DNA of 64,000 nucleotides from Dehalococcoidia bacterium (GTDB lineage Bacteria; Chloroflexota; Dehalococcoidia; Plut-88900): NCBI GenBank assembly GCA_965207225.1, contig CBDBLV010000005.1, positions 1,504,001 to 1,568,000 of the forward strand, read 5' to 3'. Shown piece by piece: positions 57,187 to 64,000 of this stretch (position 1 is its first letter; each line of letters starts with the position of its first letter). The notes under the pieces were generated by a model. It saw only the letters and a program-made list of their open reading frames with translations, ran no database searches and was not told where the DNA came from. The position numbers and the translations under genes were made by a program.

Positions 57187-57399
57187 TTACCTTCGGCCTA
57201 TGAGCTTGAGGGCGTGCCTGACCAGCAGGAACCAGGAGAACATCCCCAGCCCGTTGAGGGCGAAGACCTCCAGGCTCCACGTGATTGCCAGCGGCGCCAG
57301 CAGCAGGACTGCCAGGACCGCCCACTTGAACCTCACCAGGCACCGGCCCGCCCCGAGGGCAAGGCCCATGACCGTGGCGACCAATCCGAGAACTTGCAT
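57187..57399 (-). CDS. Small membrane protein
   Basis: RBS ggagg; hydrophobic 70 aa. Confidence 0.55.
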   Translation of the reverse strand: MQVLGLVATVMGLALGAGRCLVRFKWAVLAVLLLAPLAITWSLEVFALNGLGMFSWFLLVRHALKLIGRR

Positions 57400-58014
57400 T
57401 CGGACCTCCTTTGCTTTCGTTCGCACCGCGCGGGCGGAGCGAGACGTAGCTTGACTGGGGACTAAACATGGACTTGTTCCTCCCTTGACCAGATGCTCTA
57501 TGCGGGGTATGAAGGGCTGGTTCTGGCCCGGAAGCCGAGGCACCGTCGAGGCGTTACATGGTGTGGGCGGGAGGGATGAACAGGGCACAGCCGTTTCCTG
57601 GGGTAATGGAATGACCGGGTCCGTGGTCAATCAGGTGTGGGGTGCGGCTGGGCGTGATGAACCGGCCGGGATGCGGTGCGCAGCTCGACCAGGGTCTTAC
57701 GGGGTCGAAGAAGGAAACCAACTCCGACTTCGGCGGACGTGTCCCTCGGGTATGACTGTCAGGAGAGCGAGGCTCAATCCTTCCGGTCGGGGCCCAGGGA
57801 GGCTGTTCGGGGAGCAGAGGCTCGACCCTATGCAGCCGGTCCCGGGTTCGTGGGACGGAAACCCTCCAGGTTTCTAAGGAAGGAAACGCTGGAAAAATCC
57901 ATACGACAATTTCAGTTTTGCTGACGGACGGGGCTGAGGCAAGGAATTCTATGGCTTTGGGGCAAGTGATCGGCGCAGAAGGTAAGAAATTGAAGCACCC
58001 CACACCCCTCCCCC

Positions 58015-58881
58015 CTACTTCCGCCACAATCCCAGTGTCAAGACCCTGCGCACCCACCGCAGCATCTTCCGCCTCCTCAAGGCCATCCGGGTGTCGTGCA
58101 GGGCCTTGTGCCGCCACCGGGTCTGGCCCCGGCGTCCGAACCCCCGCAGGGGCTGGGTCTCGGGTGGGAGGGTCAGACCGTGCTCCTCCAGCATGGCCAG
58201 TTCAAGGACCAGAAGCCTCTCCTCGTTTTCAAGCCACGACAGAGACTTCCCCTGGTGGGGATGTCCGTCCCTAAGCCGGCGCCATTCCTCAACCAGGGGC
58301 CATGCGAGGCCGAACACCTCGGGGTCGTCCTCGGCGGTTTGCTCGGTGACCAACTCGGGGTCCTCCCTGCGCAGCTTTCGCCTCGGCCTGGCGCCCAACC
58401 CTTCCACCGACGGTACGTCGCCGCGGCCCAGACCATCCTCATCCCTTGTCCCGGGCACACCGGATTCCGGGGTCCGGCCTCCCTCATCGTCCTCATTTCC
58501 TTTCTCCACGGCCTTCTCCGACTGCCGGCTGTCGGGGCCCGTCCCTTCAACGGGCACCTGCGGAGTCTCCTCGGTCTCCCACAACCCCGCCACATTTTCT
58601 TCCAGCTGCTCGACCCGCTCTGCCAGGCTTCTCTCCCCGGGCCTCTCTTCACTCTCCGCCTCCCCACCCTCCAGCAGCCTATCCAGGGCGCCGGCCATGT
58701 GGTCGGTAATGGTTCCCGAATCGTGGGCCCGCCGCACGGTCTTGCGGTCGACCCCCAGAAGACGGGCTGTGCCCGCCTTACCTTCCTTCTTCACCAGGTC
58801 CCGGAGCATCGAGAGGAGATCTCTGCGTCTTTCTGCGTCGGCCCCGGCATCGCCATTCATATTCACCTGCTTGCCATCCAT
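58015..58881 (-). CDS. HTH plus coiled-coil hypothetical protein (paralog 4, host ICE copy)
   Basis: 'GKAGTARLLGVDRKTV'; 'LVTE..AEDD..VFG.AWPL..EWR.L...HG.TLPPE.QPL.G'. Confidence 0.75.
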   Translation of the reverse strand: MDGKQVNMNGDAGADAERRRDLLSMLRDLVKKEGKAGTARLLGVDRKTVRRAHDSGTITDHMAGALDRLLEGGEAESEERPGERSLAERVEQLEENVAGLWETEETPQVPVEGTGPDSRQSEKAVEKGNEDDEGGRTPESGVPGTRDEDGLGRGDVPSVEGLGARPRRKLRREDPELVTEQTAEDDPEVFGLAWPLVEEWRRLRDGHPHQGKSLSWLENEERLLVLELAMLEEHGLTLPPETQPLRGFGRRGQTRWRHKALHDTRMALRRRKMLRWVRRVLTLGLWRK

Positions 58882-59305
58882 GAGTCGGTCTCCTCTCTGT
58901 TACGTCCTGTAGGGGACCTTTCGACAGGGTTTTCCTTCTTTCGCCTTGCATCGCTTGCCGGGCCGCAATCGCACCTCGTCATTTCGGGCGGCTATTTCGG
59001 TGGCCCACGTGGGCCACCATGCCCCACATCCGTGGAACAGAGCCGCACCTAAATCCACTTGCTTCATCGCCTCAAATGTCCCCTTTCCCCACCGGTTTTA
59101 GCCACAAAATGGCCCATATCCCCAGGTGTGGGACAGAAATCAAATTCCTGTACACCCCAATGACATCACAAAAGGGCCACCGGAGGGCAGGCCTTGTGAG
59201 GGGGGCTCGCGCGGAGGCCCCCCTCACAGACCATTCCTAAGCGGTTGAGGAGTCCCCAAACTCGATTGCACACGTTCAGCCAGTACACCGAGGAGGAGAC
59301 ACGGT

Positions 59306-59908
59306 TTGTCACCGAGATCAGTTGGCAGAGAGATCATGAAAGTCGCTGCGCTGGCAGCGGTCCTCGCCCTGGGCTCCCTTATGGTCCTCGCCGCCGTTAT
59401 TCCCGCCATGGCCCAGGCCCCCGGCCTGACCCTGGTCAATGCAGACCGGGAGTTCGTGGAGCGGAAGAAGGACGGCAGATTCATTGCCCGGCCCGTGTTC
59501 AGCAGGGAGCTGGACGAGCTCTACTACGCGATCCGGGACGCCGACACCGGCGACTGGGTGACTTTGATGTACCGGGTGCGGGGTGGAGAGAAGAAGCTCA
59601 GGGACGGATGGGAATACTCCTGGGAGTATCCAGCCCTGAGCGAGCAGCCCGACCTGGACCCCGGCAAGTCCTATCTGCTGGTAATCGGCGTACCCGCCAA
59701 CTCCGCCGGCGGCCCCTACGTATTCCACGCCCTGGTGCCCGTTTACCAGCCCACCGGCATCTTCGACCGGATACTTGCGGCCTTGGACCCCGGCAGGTGG
59801 GCTAAGGCCTTCGCCCGCTGGGTAGTCGAGGGAGTTCACGGCGGCTTGTGCGGCGTGGTGGAGCGGGCCACGAGGACGGACATCGGCAACTGCGAGGGTG
59901 GCGGCTGA
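59306..59908 (+). CDS. Exported hypothetical protein, first gene of transfer operon
   Basis: RBS aggaggag; signal peptide 'PAMA-Q'; TGATG coupling to next gene. Confidence 0.7.
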   Translation: MSPRSVGREIMKVAALAAVLALGSLMVLAAVIPAMAQAPGLTLVNADREFVERKKDGRFIARPVFSRELDELYYAIRDADTGDWVTLMYRVRGGEKKLRDGWEYSWEYPALSEQPDLDPGKSYLLVIGVPANSAGGPYVFHALVPVYQPTGIFDRILAALDPGRWAKAFARWVVEGVHGGLCGVVERATRTDIGNCEGGG

Positions 59909-60885
59909 TGGGCGACATCCTTACCGGCACGCCCCCGGAGCTGACCTACGGCCACCCCGTAGTCCGGGAGGCCTGGATGGTGGTGTGGGGGATCGCCTCT
60001 GGTGCCCTCCTGGTCATCCTCGGCTGGATGGGCCTCAGCCTCATCATGCAGCACCATCTGGGGCAGACCAACACCGGTTGGCGGGAGGCGATTCCACGCC
60101 TGGTGCTGGGCCTGGTAGCAGCTGCCACCTCCTACTGGTGGTGCGCCCTCGTCATCGACGTTGCCCACACCGTCTCCAAGTACATCGCCGCCGCCCTGAA
60201 CGTCACCCCGGGAGACATGCTGAGGGCACCCCTGGAGAGCTTCCTCCGGACGGTGAACGCGGGGAGCGTGGGCATGGCGCTTCTCCTGGCCCTTCTCTTC
60301 GTGATATTCGGGTTCTTCGTCCTCTACGTCCTGCTGCAGATGGTGCTGCGGCTGGCCCTCATCGACATCCTGCTGGCCCTGGCGCCCATAGCTTTGGGAC
60401 TCTGGATACTGCCCCACACGGCAGGCTGGGGGCGTCATTGGCTGAGGCTCTTTTTGACCACGGTGTTCCAGCAGGCGGTGCAGCTGATAGCCCTGGCCAT
60501 GGGGTTCGGGTTCCTGGGGCAGTTTGCGGCGATACAGGCCTTCGAGCCGGCCCAGGACCTGGCGTGGAAACTGCTGCTTTCGATTGCCTTCGTCTACATG
60601 GCCACCCGTGTGCCCTCGATGCTGGGCAACGCCGGGACTTTCGACTCCTGGGTGAGCACCCTCTACTTCGGCCTGTCGTTGCCCAGCACCATCCTGCGCT
60701 CGGCGAAGAGCATCGGTCTCATTGCCGGGGCTGCGGGCGGAGGTGGGCCCGCGGGGGTGGCCATGGGAGCGGTAGCGGCCACGGCGGCCGGAACGGGCTT
60801 GGGGGCTACGGCCTCGGGGTTCAGATCCGCTTCGGAGGGAGTTTCTTCGGGAACGGGGTCAGCTCCCAGGAGCGCCGGCGAGTGA
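59908..60885 (+). CDS. VirB6/TrbL-like polytopic membrane conjugation protein
   Basis: Multiple TMs, 'LRLALIDILLALAPIA...W...W', Gly/Ala-rich tail; context. Confidence 0.7.
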   Translation: MGDILTGTPPELTYGHPVVREAWMVVWGIASGALLVILGWMGLSLIMQHHLGQTNTGWREAIPRLVLGLVAAATSYWWCALVIDVAHTVSKYIAAALNVTPGDMLRAPLESFLRTVNAGSVGMALLLALLFVIFGFFVLYVLLQMVLRLALIDILLALAPIALGLWILPHTAGWGRHWLRLFLTTVFQQAVQLIALAMGFGFLGQFAAIQAFEPAQDLAWKLLLSIAFVYMATRVPSMLGNAGTFDSWVSTLYFGLSLPSTILRSAKSIGLIAGAAGGGGPAGVAMGAVAATAAGTGLGATASGFRSASEGVSSGTGSAPRSAGE

Positions 60886-61036
60886 CCCCGATGACTCCTT
60901 CAATCAAGTCCCGCAGGTTGGAGCGGATGACGAACATTGGACAGCCGAGACGGGGTGAAACGATGTGCAGCTAAGCGACGAGTGACAAATATCGGACACA
61001 GAACACAGAACGCAAGACCGAGATAGGAGGACTTAA

Positions 61037-61327
61037 GTGGAACAGCTGACCCAGACCATATCGAACATAGTGGGGATCATGATGGGCGTGGTGGGAGCGG
61101 TAGCGGTGGCCTACCTGGTGTACGGAGCCTTCTTATATATGACCGCCGGGGGCGCCCCGAGCCAGATGGAGAAGGGCAAGACGGCCATGATGACCTCCCT
61201 GGCGGGGGTGGTGCTGGCCCTCCTGGCCTACGTGATCGTCAGGGTCGTGATGGGGGCCATCGTGGACCCGGCCGTCGAGGTCGATCTCCCACCCCCCGGT
61301 ACCCCCACGCCGACGCCTACTGGCTGA
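61037..61327 (+). CDS. VirB2/TrbC-like pilin
   Basis: 'AVAYLVYGAFLYMTAGG.P...EKGK......GVVL'. Confidence 0.8.
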   Translation: MEQLTQTISNIVGIMMGVVGAVAVAYLVYGAFLYMTAGGAPSQMEKGKTAMMTSLAGVVLALLAYVIVRVVMGAIVDPAVEVDLPPPGTPTPTPTG

Positions 61328-61354
61328 TAGTGAAAGTGGAGAGGAGGCAGAGCG

Positions 61355-63175
61355 ATGAGAGAGCATGAAGTTCCTACCCACGTGCAGGCAGAGGACCGGG
61401 TCCTCTTGTGGTTCACATTTCCCCAACTGGTGGCAATGACCGCCATAGCCGCCCTGGCCTACGGGGCCTACCGCTACGCGCCCGTGGACTCCACGGGGTT
61501 GAGGATCGGGATGGCCATCATCCTGGGGCTAATGGGGATGGCCCTGGTGGTGGGTAAGGTCGGCGGGCGAAGGCTGCCCCTGGTGGTTGCCGACCTTTTG
61601 AAGTACCGGCTGGGCCCGCGGCGCTGGGCCGGTAAGCCGGCAGAGCTGGTGAGGCCCGAGCCCCCAGCGCCGGTGCAGTCGACGCCGGGCCCCGTCGGTC
61701 TGCTGCTAAAGAAGATACGGCGAATCACCCGCCGCCGCAATGTTCGCACGCCCCTCCATCCCCACGGCCGGTCCGGCAAGGGCCGACGGCGCAGGAAGAA
61801 AGACCGCGGAAACGACGCCGGAAAGAACAGGGGCGACGACCACGGGGGTGAAGTCCGCAAGACCAAGGGGAAAAACCGAGGGAATGAAGCTCGTAAGACC
61901 AGAGGGAAAAACGGAGGCAGCGAAGTTCGCAATACCAGGGCGAAAAACCGCAGGAACGACGCCCGCAAGACAAAGAGGAACAGGGACTGGCGGAGCTGGT
62001 TAGCCGTCCCGGCCGCCCTTATGGGGGCTTTCCTGGTGACGGCAACCGGGACCGTCCCGCCCGTCGCCCTGGCGGATGACCACCACCCCGACGGGCTCGG
62101 GTTCGATATAGCCGAGCCGATACCAGGCAGGAGGGTTTACATCGAGGGGTTGGCTGTCACGGAAGGCCGGGCCACAGTGACGGTGAGGGCCGCGGTGGCC
62201 CTGGACCTCTGGGTGCGGGCCTACGGAGGCCCCGGAGGCGAGGTGCTGAACCACCGGGAGACATCCTGGCTGCCGGAGGGGCAGCGGAAGACCTACAACC
62301 TGCCCCTCTCGGGTGACTCCCCTTCGCTGACCTTCTCCTGGAAGGACCGGCTGGGCCAGACCGGCGCAGTCACGCTCAAGGGCAGTCAGCTGTCCCATCC
62401 CCTGCCGGCTGTGGAGGGAGAGTTCTGCGACCTCGAGCTCTCATCTCTGAAATGGACTCCCGGCTGGATCGAGGGGACCGTGGTGTCGGAGTGCGAGGAC
62501 GAGCTGGTCGAGATCGTCGGCCTGCCCGTGGTGACCGGGCATGAATCGGTTTCGGTGAACTCGGCCATGGAAGCCGAAGTGGTCGCCATAACTGGAACGA
62601 TCACCATAACGGCAGGCGGAATCCGTGGACCGGTGCCCTTTGTCCCCGACGGCTTCACGCGTTTCCGGGGCCCCGTTCCCCTGGGCAAGGCCATACACAG
62701 GGTGAGCATGGAAGCCGACCTCGACGCGCAGATACGGATGGAGCTTCCGCCGGTGGTGGGCCTGACCCATCACCCGGAGAGGGACGAGGAGACTACGAAG
62801 ACGGTCAGCCTGTACCGACCAGGCACGACCAGGTCCGTCTCCGAGACCGTGCAGGTCTCCAACCCCGATGGCACCTTCACTCAGCAGGTGATCTCGGCCA
62901 ATCTGTCCATACCGGGGGCCACGGTCTCTAAAGACGTGACCGTTACCGTCACCCACGAGGAGCACGTAAAGGCCGAGGTGACGGAGCGGGGCCCCATGAC
63001 CCGCACGCGGAACGAGGTTCTGCAAATGACGTCGAACTTCGGCTCGGACGAACCCTACCGGCCGATGGCCCTTCCCGAGCCGGAGCCCGAGCCCGACCCG
63101 GCCATCCAGACCCCCGGAGACATGGAGGAGCTGCGAAAGCTGTTTGAGCTCTTGGGCTGGGAGTGGCCCTGGTGA
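61355..63175 (+). CDS. PrgI-family membrane protein fused to a large C-terminal domain
   Basis: 'HEVPTHVQAEDRVLLWFTFPQL' plus 2 TMs plus 'GGRRL'; basic repeat linker; third hydrophobic segment. Confidence 0.7.
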   Translation: MREHEVPTHVQAEDRVLLWFTFPQLVAMTAIAALAYGAYRYAPVDSTGLRIGMAIILGLMGMALVVGKVGGRRLPLVVADLLKYRLGPRRWAGKPAELVRPEPPAPVQSTPGPVGLLLKKIRRITRRRNVRTPLHPHGRSGKGRRRRKKDRGNDAGKNRGDDHGGEVRKTKGKNRGNEARKTRGKNGGSEVRNTRAKNRRNDARKTKRNRDWRSWLAVPAALMGAFLVTATGTVPPVALADDHHPDGLGFDIAEPIPGRRVYIEGLAVTEGRATVTVRAAVALDLWVRAYGGPGGEVLNHRETSWLPEGQRKTYNLPLSGDSPSLTFSWKDRLGQTGAVTLKGSQLSHPLPAVEGEFCDLELSSLKWTPGWIEGTVVSECEDELVEIVGLPVVTGHESVSVNSAMEAEVVAITGTITITAGGIRGPVPFVPDGFTRFRGPVPLGKAIHRVSMEADLDAQIRMELPPVVGLTHHPERDEETTKTVSLYRPGTTRSVSETVQVSNPDGTFTQQVISANLSIPGATVSKDVTVTVTHEEHVKAEVTERGPMTRTRNEVLQMTSNFGSDEPYRPMALPEPEPEPDPAIQTPGDMEELRKLFELLGWEWPW

Positions 63176-63486
63176 GAAGGCTGACAGGCTCCATACTCCT
63201 TGTGGCGTGGGCGCTGGCCGCCATGGGCGCCGATGCCCCCATACAGAAGGGGAACATGCTGCTCTCCTTCGTCAGGGTGCTGGACGCCATGGTCTACGCC
63301 GCGGCGGGGCTATGCCTCTTCGCCGTGGTGTGGGCAGGGTTCCTGCTCATGGCCGAGGGGGCCGAGGAGCGTGGTGTGGGCAGGGCGCGCGCCTCGGTGG
63401 TCCTGGGGGTCGCGGGTCTCGTCCTCACCCTGTCGGCAAGGGGGATAGTCCTGGTGCTGGTGAAGGTGGTTGACCCGACGCCCTAA
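63172..63486 (+). CDS. Second pilin-like membrane protein
   Basis: 'FAVVWAGFLLM.EG.EE...GRAR..V...V.GL'. Confidence 0.6.
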   Translation: MRRLTGSILLVAWALAAMGADAPIQKGNMLLSFVRVLDAMVYAAAGLCLFAVVWAGFLLMAEGAEERGVGRARASVVLGVAGLVLTLSARGIVLVLVKVVDPTP

Positions 63487-63506
63487 CAATTGGAGGAGAA
63501 ATCAGC

Positions 63507-64000
63507 TTGAAATCCATATTTGACAAGTTGCGTCAACTCGTTCCCCGCCCCGGCTCACCTCGCAACAAGAGCAAGGAGGGACACCGGCGACCGGCGCCGA
63601 AGCCCCCGCCCGCGCTGCCGCCCTTCTACCTCCTGTCCCACCTGGAGGAGGACGGGCCGGTGCGGCTGGACGGGGTGAAGCTGGGGATATGCGAGGTTAT
63701 GGGCCTTGAGCTGGACGAGCCGAAGCTGGGCTCCTTCGCCGGCGCCCTCAACGCCCTGGACTTCCCCGTCCAGCTCCTGGTCAGGCAGCACCCGCCGGTG
63801 CTGGGCAGGCTGAGCGAAGACCTCAAGAAGGCCCAGCCGGAGGATCTGCCTGCGAAGACTGGAGAGGCCGCCGAGTCGCTCAGGGGTCTATTGACCAATC
63901 TGGAGCATAGGGAGGGGGTCCTGGACCGGAGGTTCTACGCGGTGTGCCGATTCGAGCGGGCCGAGGAGCTTGCCTCTTTGCTGTCTCGCTCCGGGCTTGC
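63507..64000 (+). CDS. Probable VirB4-like/associated conjugation protein, N-terminus (runs off window)
   Basis: RBS ggagg plus TTG; open frame 'FAGALNALDFPVQLLVRQ...LDRRFYAV'. Confidence 0.55.
   Translation, partial: MKSIFDKLRQLVPRPGSPRNKSKEGHRRPAPKPPPALPPFYLLSHLEEDGPVRLDGVKLGICEVMGLELDEPKLGSFAGALNALDFPVQLLVRQHPPVLGRLSEDLKKAQPEDLPAKTGEAAESLRGLLTNLEHREGVLDRRFYAVCRFERAEELASLLSRSGL

Overview
GC-rich bacterial DNA; the gene content is suggestive of Chloroflexota/Dehalococcoidia, but that is inference only. 1-13 kb is a patchwork: a broken GAF-PAS kinase/OmpR regulator, a repeat-rich surface protein, an amidohydrolase, a DUF4328 membrane protein and gene remnants. From about 13 kb to the end lies part of an ICE-like conjugative element. 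Its rightward transfer module has VirB6-, pilin-, PrgI- and VirB4-like genes. Its long leftward backbone has primase, Rad52-like annealase, TSCPD protein, ssb, radC, a DUF6094-type MTase, an SF2 helicase and a PRTRC ubiquitin-like module. Four nested insertions interrupt this backbone, and removing each restores an in-frame gene. (1) A 21.5-kb serine-integrase island (18766-40297) splits the helicase; its attP lies inside the integrase 3' end. It carries a ~14.4-kb defence operon: PLD-SNF2 helicase, N6-MTase, FRG, PIN TA pair, CD-NTase-like enzyme, SLOG/DprA, GHKL-nuclease and a Vsr-Dcm fusion. (2) A group II intron sits in the MTase gene. (3) A group II intron sits in radC and carries an extra DUF429/RNase H-fold cargo gene between its RT ORF and domain V. 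(4) An IS1182-family element. Family names come from motif recognition by eye, not from database searches.
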